Below, piece by piece: positions 1 to 10,729 of a stretch of 21,034 nucleotides of DNA (its first letter is position 1; every line of letters starts with the position of its first letter). The stretch comes from Octopus sinensis (lineage: Eukaryota), in the NCBI RefSeq assembly GCF_006345805.1, contig NW_021823793.1:1-21034 (forward strand). Direction: 5' to 3'. The notes beneath the pieces are model-generated. The model was given only the letters and a program-made list of their open reading frames with translations. It was not told the DNA's origin and made no database searches. The position numbers were made by a program, and so were the translations under genes.

Positions 1-330
1 GCGTTAGTTCGTTTACATTTCCCAAAACAGTGAATCTGCAAAAATTAAACGTGATGACATTCCCGCCATTGTTAAGGTCAAAAGAAGTAAAAAGAAAATT
101 GTTCTAAATAAAGACTCGCACATGGCAGACGGGCCAAAATTAGGATAGATATTTATAAATAAAAATGTTCACGTTTTAACGACGAACCCTATTTTAGAGC
201 CAGTTAATCTAAATGCAAATTAAAATACGTCGCCGTTTGCCACTGTAAGATTGAACAAGGAATAAATGCTTATTTTTTAAAACAAAGCGAAACGCGCAAA
301 TTTTATTAAATGCATAGGGATGAGGCGAAA

Positions 331-514
331 AATATTGGTTTCAAATTTCGGGAAAGGAGTTAAATCGATCCCAAAGCTTAACTGTTACTTATTTTGTCGA
401 CTCTGAAAGGACGAAAGTCGACCTCAGCGAAATTTGAACTCAGAACGTAAAGACGGACGAAATACCGCTAAGCATTTTGCATGGCGTGTAACATTTCTGC
501 CACTTCGCTGCCTT
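331..514 (-). mobile_element. tRNA-derived SINE, family B (degraded copy)
   Basis: The reverse complement (AAGGCAGCGAAGTGGCAGAAATGTTA...GAGTTCAAATTTCGCTGAGGTCGACTTT...) aligns with the + copy at 1979-2216. It has A-box-like and B-box-like (GTTCAAAT) motifs. Confidence 0.75.
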
Positions 515-616
515 ATGGATGCTATGAAGATTTATGCGAAAAATAAATAAAAAAAAAATTTTAAAAAAGCTTGAAAGTCTTATGCACACTGTTCGCATTT
601 TCTCAAATGATGTAGG

Positions 617-1357
617 CAGTGTTTCTCAGCCTTTTTACCCATGCGTAGATGGCATTCCGTCGGTTACGACGACGAGTGTTCTAGTTGATCCGATCAACGG
701 AACAGTCTACTCGTGAAATTAACGTTCAAGTGGCTGAGCACTCCACAGACACGTGTATTCTTAACGTAGTTCTCGGGTAGATTCAGCGTGACATAGAGTG
801 TGACAAGGCTGGCCCTTTGAAATACAGGTACAACAGAAATAAGAAGAAAGAATGAGAGAAAGTTGCGGTGAAAGAGTACAGCAGGGTTCACCACCATCCC
901 CTGTCGGAGCCTCGTGGAGCTTTAGGTGTTTTCGCTCAATAAACACTTACAACGCCCGGTCTGGGAATCGAAACCGCGATCCTGAGACCGCGAGTCCGCT
1001 GCCCTAACCATTAGGCCATTGCGCCTCCCTTAAGATAATTTACACGTCTCAAGGAACTTGTGTCTTCAAAAACCGGCACATTGGGTTATTAGGTATTTTT
1101 GTAAAAATAAAGAAAAATTCAGTGTCCATAAATTACAGACATCACTAAATATATCCCCAATGGTTGTTATATTTTTTGATAATCGATTAATTAGAGAGGA
1201 TGATGTCTATATTACAATAACCAATAATATGTTGTGCAGGTATAGTAATATTACGATCATGAAATTAGCATTAGGCTATCTTACTTCTTCTCGCGGAACC
1301 CCTAGGGAACTTTCGCTGGACCGTAGGGTTACGGGGAATCTCGGTTGAGAAACGCTG
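617..1357. mobile_element. Non-autonomous hAT-superfamily DNA transposon inserted in the LINE relic
   Basis: TIRs CAGTGTTTCTCAGCC (617-631) and GGTTGAGAAACGCTG (1343-1357) match 13/15. A perfect 8-bp TSD GATGTAGG lies at 609-616 and 1358-1365, and GGAACCC-type subterminal motifs are present. Removing the element restores the LINE reading NDVGMKLEIEKC. Confidence 0.88.
645..1028 (-). mobile_element. tRNA-derived SINE, family C, nested in the hAT element
   Basis: The reverse complement starts GGAGGCGCAATGGCCTAATGGTTAGGGCAGCGGACTCGCGG...GGTTTCGATTCCCAG (A and B boxes). It aligns along its length with 18509-18848. Confidence 0.85.
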
Positions 1358-1788
1358 GATGTAGGTATGAAATTAGAGATCGAAAAGTGCGCCATGTTGA
1401 AAATGAAGGGAGGAAGATTTGAAGGAAGTCACGGAATTGAAATGTCAAATGGGCAAAGAACGAAAGCAGTTGAGAAAGGAGAGTGATATAAGTATTTGGG
1501 GATACTGGAAGCAGATGCAATAAAACATGAAGAAATGAAACAAATTACCAACAGAAAGTGTACAAGGAGAACGAGAAAATTATTGTAGTCAAAGCTGAAT
1601 TCAGAAAACGTTATTGAAACAATAAATGCAAGAGCAGTACTCCTAATCAGATATGGAGTTGGAATTGTAGACTGGACCAAAAACGACATACTGAAACTTG
1701 ACAGAAAACCTAGGAATCTGCTGACAATGTATGGAGCCCATCATCCGAAAGTTGATATCAACCGGCTGTAGCCGAAAAGAGACCAGGG

Positions 1789-1887
1789 TGCTTCCAGTAT
1801 CCCCAAATAATTATATCACTGTCCTTTCTCAACTGCTTTCATTGCTTGCCCATTTGACATTTCAATTCCGTGGCCTCCTTCAAATCT
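1789..1887 (-). repeat. 99-bp inverted copy of 1415-1513, sitting between direct duplicates (1672-1790 and 1886-1978 plus 2227-2252)
   Basis: Direct alignment gives 7 differences in 99 nt for the inverted copy and 6 in 93 nt for the direct duplicate. Confidence 0.9.
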
Positions 1888-1978
1888 GGACCAAAAAAGA
1901 AATACTGAAACTTGATAGAAAAGCTAGGAATCTGCTGACAATGTATGGAGCTCATCATCCGAAAGTTAATATCAACCG

Positions 1979-2216
1979 TGCAAAGGCGGCGAGCTGACAG
2001 AACCGTTAGCACACCGGGCGAAATGCGTAGCCGTATTTCGTCTGTCGTTACGTTATGAGTTCAAATTCCGCCGAGGTCGACTTTGCCTTTCATTCTTTCG
2101 AGGTCGATAGATTAAGTACCAGTTACGCACTGAGGTCGATATAATCGACTTCATCCGTTTGTCTGTCCTTGTTTGTCCCCTCTATGTTTAGCCTCTTGTG
2201 GGTAATAAAGAAACAG
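1979..2216 (+). mobile_element. tRNA-derived SINE, family B, full length with TSD
   Basis: AAGGCGGCGAGCTGACAGAACCGTTAG head and GAGTTCAAATTCC B box. Flanked by a 10-bp direct repeat ATATCAACCG (1969-1978, 2217-2226). Confidence 0.9.
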
Positions 2217-3000
2217 ATATCAACCGGCTGTACTCGAAAAGAGACCAGGGTGGGAGGGGCTTAATTGCCGTAGAAGAGCGTGTATAGATGAAAAAGAAAA
2301 GCTTAATAGAAAACTTACAGAACAGCACAGAGAAACGACTAAAGACAGTGAATAAGGAAAAAGTGATCAAGTGTGGAATAAGGAATATTTGATTAAATTC
2401 AAAGAGAGTGCGTTGGACAGATTGAAGAGAAACAGATTGAAGAGAAATTCAAAGAGAGCACGTTAGACAGAAGAGAGAGCCACTGAAAATGTATGCGGAA
2501 CAAAATCCTGAGCTTGGTTTAAAAAGAGGGTAAATAAGAAAAGAAACAGAGCCTGATTGTAGCAGCTCAGGATCAAGCGCTATAAACAAACGACTTGTGG
2601 AAAAATGTATATGGGGAGAATCGGTCAGAAAAATGTAGAGTCTGTGGAACTGGTAACGAGACAGTGGCACATTTTTGTTGCAGAATATTCCAAATTTGCA
2701 CAGGAAGGATATAAGAAATGTAGGCATGACCAAATTGTAAAAGTTTACACTGGAAACTTGGTTAGAAATGGGGCTTTGAGGCTGGAGACACATGGTATGA
2801 ACATCGGGTCGAAAGAGTGCTGGAGTCGGAGAATTATAAGATTCTTTGGGACTTTCCTATTCAAATGGACAAAAACCCCAGAAAATAATAGGCCAGAAAT
2901 AACAATAATAGACAATGAGAAGCAAAGTTGCTTATTAATTGATCCATTATGTTTATTTGATTCCAGGATCGTAAAGAAAGAAGACGAAAAAATAATTTGC

Positions 3001-3174
3001 CTTCCAATTACATGATTCCGGGTTCAGTCCCACTGCGTCGCACCTTGGGCTAGTGTCTTCTACCATAGCCCCGGGCCGACCAAATCCTTGTGAGTGGATT
3101 TAGCAGACGGAAACTGAAAGAAGCCCGTCGTATATATGTATATGTATATGTTTGTGCGTCTGTGTTTGTATCCC
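3001..3174 (+). mobile_element. SINE family A fragment (5'- and 3'-truncated)
   Basis: GGTTCAGTCCCACTGCG...CTTGGGCTAGTGTCTTCTAC...GACGGAAACTGAAAGAAGCCCGTCG followed by a short TA/TG tract; matches the other A copies. Confidence 0.85.
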
Positions 3175-3538
3175 CTACGGAATGAAGAGAAAGCCTTCTT
3201 CCATCATACTCTCAATTTTGGTCAACTTGCGCCGCAGGGTTTCGGAGGAGATAGTGTTAGTTGAAGGCTACCAAACCTGTCACACACACGCAGACAACTT
3301 CAGCTTTGTAAACATATTCATGAACAAACGGAATTCAATTCTCCCATCTTTCTGTGTAGTTTTTACAACTAGAATGCATTGACAGGAAAAACATTAAGTT
3401 GTACCGAGAGAAGTTAAACATAATAATTTTTTCTCAATACATCGGAAGTGTATCTTTCGAGCAGGGGTCAAAGATAGTGTTTGATAAAATCCATTGAGCG
3501 TTTATAAATTTATATATGAACTATTATGTACTATTACG

Positions 3539-3604
3539 TATGTATGTATGTATGTATGTATGTATGTATGTATGTATGTATGTATGTATGTATGTATGTA
3601 TGTA
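3539..3604. repeat. (TATG)n microsatellite
   Basis: Perfect tetranucleotide array directly visible. Confidence 0.97.
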
Positions 3605-4364
3605 CGTACGTATACGTGAAGATTAGTATGTTTTCGTTTATGTATGTCTTCTCATGCATATATTTGCATATCCAGACATACTCATATATGTATATATAAT
3701 GATAAACTTCTGGAAAGTTTTACAGATTTTTACAGTTCCACTGATGGCTTGAATCTGTAGTCTTCGGAACAGCTTTTCCCTTCCAGGTTTTGAAAGGCCT
3801 AGTTTCTCAAGATTGGTATACAGACAGTGGATTACATATCTCAGTGCTCCAATAATTAAAGGTATAAACCTGAACTTGTAACCTGGATAGAGTTGCCGTT
3901 GATTCCTCAATGGTTCAGCGTAGGTATTTTCTTTTTCGCTGATCTTTATCTTTATGTTAACATCGACTGGGCAGCTGATTTCCACAACTGTACACAGATT
4001 GTCTCCTCTATCCCAAATCACTATGTCAGGTATATTTCGCTTACATTTTATTGAGGTTTTCTCTGGGACATTACAACAGTCTTCCTTTTTATTATGAGTG
4101 GCTGTGGCTCCTACTACACTGTGGGTTCTTATTTCTTTGTCCCAGGGATTATCCTTCCGACGTATTTCATTAGAGAATGTCCTAGCTACAACATCATGTC
4201 TCATGACATTTTCGGACAACTGCTTATGATATGGGTGATATCTTCTGTGTTAACTCCGCAAAATTTGATTCGGTTGTCTCATTTTACTGCTTTATCTGCA
4301 AGTTTCATGACGTTATCCGCCTCATGTATGCAAACTTGATCAAGAGATGCATTTCGACACTTGA
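3605..4364 (-). pseudogene. 3' fragment of a second RLE-type non-LTR retrotransposon (CCHC knuckle, RHD, PD..E endonuclease, short 3' UTR)
   Basis: The minus strand reads FCGVNTEDITHIISSCPKMS, then (ORF 3638-4219) RHDVVART...NIPDIVIWDRGDNLCTVVEISCPVDVNIKIKISEKENTY...RFIPLIIGAL. These are canonical restriction-like endonuclease motifs. Confidence 0.87.
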
Positions 4365-4386
4365 TATGTATGTATGTATGTATGCC

Positions 4387-4418
<32 letters not shown>

Positions 4419-4592
4419 TGTATGTATGTATGTATGTATGTATGTATGTATGTATGTATGTATGTATATATATATATATGTATGAATGTATATATATATG
4501 TATGTATATATGTATGTACGTATGTATATATGTATGTATGTATATATGTATGTAAATATGTATATATGTATGTATATATGTATGTATGTATG

Positions 4593-4626
<34 letters not shown>

Positions 4627-4690
4627 TGTATGCATGTATGCATGTATGTATGCATGTATGCATGCATGTGTGTATGTATGCATGTGTATA
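4365..4690. repeat. (TATG)n / (TA)n compound microsatellite
   Basis: Directly visible; it is the source of the MYVC/HTYI pseudo-ORFs. Confidence 0.97.
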
Positions 4691-4802
4691 CAAGTACACA
4701 AACTCACTGCCTTAAGAAAACAATTTAAGGTATACACTCACATGTATGTCTATCAGTCTATCTATGTATCTCTTCATAACATCCATCCACACACACACAT
4801 GT

Positions 4803-5348
<546 letters not shown>

Positions 5349-5507
5349 ATCTCCACACAGCCACTGGATATATATATATATATATATATATATAATCAAT
5401 ATAGGGTGGCAAAAAATTTTGTAGAATTTTTTTGCCACCAGCGGCCTAGTGGGGAAAAAATTAAATAGCCATAGACCATTTATAAGTTCAACATCAACAA
5501 TCAAGGA

Positions 5508-7096
5508 ACGGCCATAATAGTCTCCTGAAGGAATGTAGACACCGACTTGCAGTCCCTCTGACCAACCTCTGGAGAAATTCATTAGACGCAGGTTATATAC
5601 CGAAACAGTTTCTATCCCAGTCGGTCATCCCGGTTTTCAAACAGGGAAACAGATCCCTCGCATTCAACTATCGCCCAATCTCACTCACCTCCCACATCAT
5701 TAAAGTGTTGGAAAGAGTGTTAAGATCAAGGATAGCTGACTTCCTGGAGACCCACAAACTCCTAAATGCAAATCAGCATGGCTTTCGCTGTGGCAGGGAC
5801 TGTTTAACACAGCTCTTACACCACATTGAAGATGTACTCAAAGCCTGGGAACAGGTTCGAACTCTGAGTCATATATCTTGACTTCAGTAAAGCGTTCGAC
5901 AGGGTAGACCATAATATCCTACTCTCAAAATTGGCAAATGTTGGAATCCGTGGAAAAGTTCTACACTGGATTAAGTATTTCCTGGCGATAGAAACACAAC
6001 ATGTTGTAGTTGAAGGAGGTCCACTCAAGCCCAGCAAAAGTCACCAGCGGTGTTCCCCAGGGGACTGTTTTGGGTCCGCTACTCTTCATAATTTACATAA
6101 ACGACCTTTCAGCATGTTGTACATTACTGCAAAGTGAAAATATTTGCTGATGACACTAAGCTCCAGCAAATCGTCAATGAAGAAGCAGACCGAACTCAAC
6201 TCCAGTCTGATCTATATGCTGTGAGTCAAGGGCAGACAGAAACAAAATGCGACGAATGAGGGAAAATTTGAGCTGATGCATTTTGGAAGAAATTCCTCAC
6301 TAAAACAACCATACTCTCTTCCTTCAGGGGACCGCTCACAGCCTCTAACAATATCAGAGACCTGGGTGTAATTGTTGATGACGATCTCAGTTGAGTGCAC
6401 ACATCAACAAGAAGGTCGATATAGCTCGTAGGATGAGTTCCTGGATCTTAAGAACTTTCCGGTCCAGAGAACAAGGTGTCATCATACCACTTTTTTCTTC
6501 CTTTGTACGGCCACACCTTGAATACTGCTGCCCACTGTGGTCTCCCCATACAAGACAAAACATCTCCAGAATTGAGTCACCCCAGAGGGTACTCACTAAA
6601 CGAATTGAAGGTATGGCTGCTCTCGATTATTGGGATCGCCTTAAAGCCTTGAAACTTTACTCCCTCCAGCGTCGCCGTGAGCGGTACATCATTAGTACGA
6701 TGTGGAGAATATACCTCCAACTTTGCCCAAACGACCTTAACATTAGCTTCAAGGTTCATCCAAGACTGGGACCACGGGCCATACGTCCCCTGCCCAATTC
6801 AAGATCACAACATACATGTACACTGCAACATAATTTCTTTTCCTCAACAGGCCCTGCCCTATTTAACATTATCCCGAGAGAGATCAAAGAGAAAAGGATC
6901 CCATCAACTTTAAACGGAGTCTGGATAGATTCCTTCAAGAATACCAGATAAGACACCCATAATTGGAACACAACTCACCAACAAGAACTCACTACTTGAA
7001 CAAAACTTGACTTAAACAGGATTCGAATAATCCTATCAGGTGGTGCTATTAAGTTAGATTGGCCTGGACCAATCTTTGGTCGAAACATATCTAAGT
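5508..7096 (+). pseudogene. CR1/L2-group LINE reverse transcriptase relic, 5'-truncated (no APE domain)
   Basis: Translation across a few frameshifts: [55 protein letters not shown] (6140-6154), RDLGVIVD, RPHLEYCCPLWSP, YSLQRRRERY. It ends at a (TA)n tract. Confidence 0.92.
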
Positions 7097-7166
7097 TTAT
7101 ATATATATATATATATATATAGCAATAATAAATCTCTGAACGAGATGTAAACAGTGACTGCACGAC

Positions 7167-7482
7167 AATGTAAGGTATACTAGCCATCTCAATATGGCTA
7201 ACCACTAAGGGTGGGTGTTACTATAACTTGTAGCCCCAAGAGATCATCGTCTCCAGCTGGCTTTAGGCACACCTTATGGTATTTGCAGGCAAATACCTAG
7301 AAACTGCAGTCCGTGCGTATCACTTAGGTTGACGAGAGAGGGATGACCTCCCTTTGCAAATACCATAAGGGCACAGAAAGTGTGCCTAAAGCCAGCTGGA
7401 GACATGATTCTGGGGCTACAAGCTACAGTAACACCCACCCTTAGTGGTTAGCCATATTGAGATGGCTAGTATACCTTACATT
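7167..7482. mobile_element. Long-TIR fold-back element (MITE-like), about 316 bp
   Basis: The left arm from AATGTAAGGTATACTAGCCATCTCAATATGGCTAACC.. is the reverse complement of the right arm ending ..TAGTATACCTTACATT. Homology extends over 120 nt or more with small indels, around a short unique spacer. Confidence 0.7.
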
Positions 7483-7550
7483 ATATATATATATATTATT
7501 TATATTGTTATATGATTGAACGCCACGCATCCTCTTCGAAATTTTGTCTA

Positions 7551-7585
<35 letters not shown>

Positions 7586-7586
<1 letters not shown>

Positions 7587-7756
7587 GGCGTTGGAGTGGG
7601 TGTGTGGTAAGTAGAATGCGTACCAACCACATGGTTCCGGGTTCTGTACAATTGCGTGGCACCTTGGGCAACTGTCTTCTACTATAGCCTCAGGCCGACC
7701 AATCCTTGTGAGTGGATTTGGTAGACGGAAACTGAAAGAAGCCCGTCGTATATATG

Positions 7757-7837
<81 letters not shown>

Positions 7838-8060
7838 GTGCGCGCGCATGTGTGTGTGTGTTTGTCTGTCTGTGTTTGTCTTCCCCCCCAACATCGCTTG
7901 ACAATCGATGCTGGTGTGTTTACGTCCTCGTAACTTAGCGGTTCGGCAAAAGAGACCGATAGAATAAGTACTAGGCTTACAAAAAATAAGTGCTGGAGTG
8001 CTGCTCCAGCATGGCCACAGTCAAATGACTGAAACAAGTAAAAGACAGTAAAAAGAGAAG
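7586..8060 (+). mobile_element. SINE family A, full length, internal (TA)n(TG)n(TGCG)n; small replacement in tail
   Basis: Same head, core-like segment and tail as the other A copies. Confidence 0.92.
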
Positions 8061-8179
8061 GTATATATATATATATATATATATATAATGAAGGGTGAAA
8101 TTAATTAATTTGGAAAAATTATCAATTACACCAAGTAGTCTTCGGCATGTAAAAGCCTCATTCGAGGAAAATTTAAGTA

Positions 8180-8389
8180 ATACTAAGCAATAAGGGTTTA
8201 GCAACGAGTTGCCTTACCACATACCGAATTTAGAAATAGCAGTCAAAGGTTTATAGCTATTTCTTCTACTAAAAAGGGAGATCTCAGTCTCCCTTTTTAG
8301 TAGAAGAAATAGCTATAACCCTTTGACTGCTATTTCTAAATTCGGTATGTGGTAAGGCAACTCGTTGCTAAACCCTTATTGCTTAGTAT
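8180..8389. repeat. 210-bp near-perfect palindrome (102-bp arms, 1 mismatch, 6-nt loop)
   Basis: 8180-8281 is the reverse complement of 8288-8389 except at one position (8250). The loop is TCTCAG. Confidence 0.95.
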
Positions 8390-8411
8390 AAATATATATA
8401 TATATATACTA

Positions 8412-8459
<48 letters not shown>

Positions 8460-8502
8460 GTGTGTGTGTGTGTATATATATATATCTATATATCTATATA
8501 TC

Positions 8503-8576
8503 TAGAGTCGATGTGATATCGACTAGTTCTCTTCCACCAAATTTCAGGCCTTGTGTCTATATTAGAAAGGACTATT
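8503..8576 (+). mobile_element. Possible 3' tail fragment of a family-B-related SINE
   Basis: GTCGATGTGATATCGACT hairpin followed by CCAAATTTCAGG resembles the GTCGATATAATCGACT segment of the B copies. Confidence 0.4.
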
Positions 8577-8929
8577 GGAAACAGTTGGTCTTTCTGATTG
8601 ATACCTCCTACGAAAAAAAAATAAGAAGACAAAAAAAGACAAGGAAAAACGACGTGACCGTTTTTGAAGTTGTTAAGCAACCTTTTCCATTTTTGGAACA
8701 CGATATCTGGTACATATGTCTTTCATGCTCACGTTGCGTTGCTGCTTTTTACGAAATTTGCAAAGCCGGCAATACCACATATGCAAGTCATGAATGCCTT
8801 TGTCTTCCAACCTGCAATCAGGTTGAACATATACACATGCAGCGCGTAGCTACTTTAACGTTTGGTCGTTTAGTCTATGCTAATTGGTTGATTAGAAAGA
8901 CACGTTTTATGCATGAATGTATGTATGTA

Positions 8930-9870
8930 CAGGGGTTAGACAAAATAATGGAAATACCTAGCATCATAGTATCATAATTTTGAAATATCTATAAAACCGT
9001 CAAATGCTTGTTTATTTTTATATTTTTTGATTTATTATTAGTGTTGCTTAATATGGTTTGCTAAAATTGCTGTTTCTTTCAGGTTTCATCAGAAAAAGGT
9101 AATTAAAATTCATTAAAATGACGGATCTGTCGGACTTTCAAAGAGGTCAAATTGTTGGTGCTTGTAATGCAGGTGCCAGCGTAATGAAAACAGCTGAAAT
9201 GTTTGGTGTATCAAGAAGTGCTGTCTCGAAAGTAATCACAGCCTTTGAGCAAGAGGGAAAACCTCCTCGTCGAAACAAAACTCCAGAAGGAAACCAAAAC
9301 TTTCAGATAGGGGCCACTGAACTCTTACACGAATTGTTAGAAAGAATCACAAAAGTACACCTCCCAAAATTACCGTAGAGCTTAATGACCACCACGAGAA
9401 CCCAGTTTCCGCAAAACCTGTTCGCCAGGAGCTGCACAAAGCCCGATTTTACGGGAGGGCTGCAATCAGAAAACCACTACTTTCAAAAACAAACGCTGCA
9501 AAGCGTTTTTTGAGTGAAGTGAAAACCTACCGAATTTGTCCCTAGAGCAGTGGAAGAATATTATTTTCTCGGACGGGTCATCCTTTACCTTTTTTCCGAC
9601 TACCGGCCGAATATACTTGTGGAGACAGCTAAAAGAAGCATTTGACCCAGACTGCCATCTTCCAACTGTTAAACATGGAGGGAGATCTGTGATGATCTGG
9701 GTGGGGGTGGGGTTATATATTCGAAATCCTGCGGGCCAATGGTTTCTTTTCATGGCAGAATTGATAGCCAAGACTATTTAAGCATTTTATCTGATCAAAT
9801 TCATTCTATGGTTGCGGAACCGTTTCCGGAGCGGAACGCAGTCTTTCAGGATGATAATGCAACAATTCAC
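8930..9870 (+). pseudogene. Tc1-family (DD34E-type) transposon relic: left TIR plus frameshifted transposase, truncated just after the second catalytic D
   Basis: TA followed by CAGGGGTTAGACAAAATAATGGAAATACC (8930). ORF start MTDLSDFQRGQIVGA (9118), then WKNIIFSDGSSF, PTVKHGGRSVMIW and AVFQDDNATIH (ending 9870). No right TIR was found in the window. Confidence 0.9.
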
Positions 9871-9924
9871 TGAAAGAAACCCGTCGTGTATATATATATA
9901 TATACACGACGGGTTTCTTTCAGT
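9869..9924. repeat. Perfect 56-bp palindrome at the Tc1/SINE junction
   Basis: ACTGAAAGAAACCCGTCGTG-(TA)8-CACGACGGGTTTCTTTCAGT. Confidence 0.95.
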
Positions 9925-10070
9925 TTCCGTCTACTTAATCCACTCACAAGACTTTGGTGAGCCCAAGGCTATAGTAGAAGACACTTGCCCAAGGTGGCAC
10001 GCAGTGGGACTGAACCCAGAGCCATGTGGTTGGTAAGCAAGCTACTTACCACACAGCCACTTCTGCGTCT
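9905..10070 (-). mobile_element. SINE family A, 5' half only
   Basis: Minus strand: AGACGCAGAAGTGGCTGTGTGGTAAG through GGAAACTGAAAGAAACCCGTCG; no tail follows. Confidence 0.9.
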
Positions 10071-10078
10071 ATATATAC

Positions 10079-10135
<57 letters not shown>

Positions 10136-10729
10136 TACATACATGCACATATATATATATATATATATATATATAGTAATAATAACAATGAACCTTGGCT
10201 GGATTTTATAAATATTCTAATGCATCGCTACGCGCGTTTCCACAAATCATTTGTCTCTTAAGATCACAGTCTATACTTCTGGGATGATTACAGTAATATC
10301 CGTGGACAGCAGGTAGATCATCTTCATGGATTGATTTCTTTAGGTGATATAACATTACCGGATGTTTAACTGAGGGTTGTTTATCCCTTTTGGCCAGTAT
10401 AAAGGTTATTTTTGGTTATACCAGTAGAGCTCGATGCCATCCAAAACAAAAAAAAACTGGATCACCGGCCAGCATCATTGAACTGTGGCCGACATTATAG
10501 AATAGGATCTTTATTTGCATATTCAAAACGTTTCTCGTAAACAAATTTACAACCGAAAGGCAGAACTATAAACGTCACTAAAGCGACTAAGTGCCCTAGT
10601 GTGGACCAACATTGCTAGAAATAAGAGTCGAAACAACTCTTAATCACGATGAGGCACTTATCTTATGACTGACAAGAGAGGCAAACATCTGAGGCATAGC
10701 CAGATCATCAAGGATTTCGCATTTGATTA

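Larger units (their letters stand above)
515..2995 (+). pseudogene. RLE-type non-LTR retrotransposon relic (R4/Dong-like): RT C-terminal half, CCHC/RHD region and PD..D endonuclease; interrupted by a hAT element, SINEs and an internal dup-inversion
   Basis: Conceptual translation across frameshifts and stops: MDAMKIYAK (515-541, remnant of YMDDxKLYAK); KLESLMHTVRIFSNDVG|MKLEIEKCAMLKMKGG; YKYLGILEAD; INARAVLLIRYGVGIVDWTK; HPKVDINRLY..RDQGGRGL; then ORF 2605-3015 with YKKCRHDQIVK and NNRPEITIIDNEKQSCLLID. These motifs are typical of R4-clade ORFs. Confidence 0.85.

Noticed and set aside
8131-8171. Minus-strand CGAATGA-GGC TTTTACAT GCC-GAAG, a hammerhead-like arrangement
   Set aside because: Helix II pairs, but both core segments deviate and helices I and III cannot be formed. 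At most a decayed relic.
9065-9100. Minus-strand CTGATGA..GAAA in the Tc1 5' region
   Set aside because: No helix II. The + strand is better read as a pyrimidine tract/AG in the Tc1 leader.
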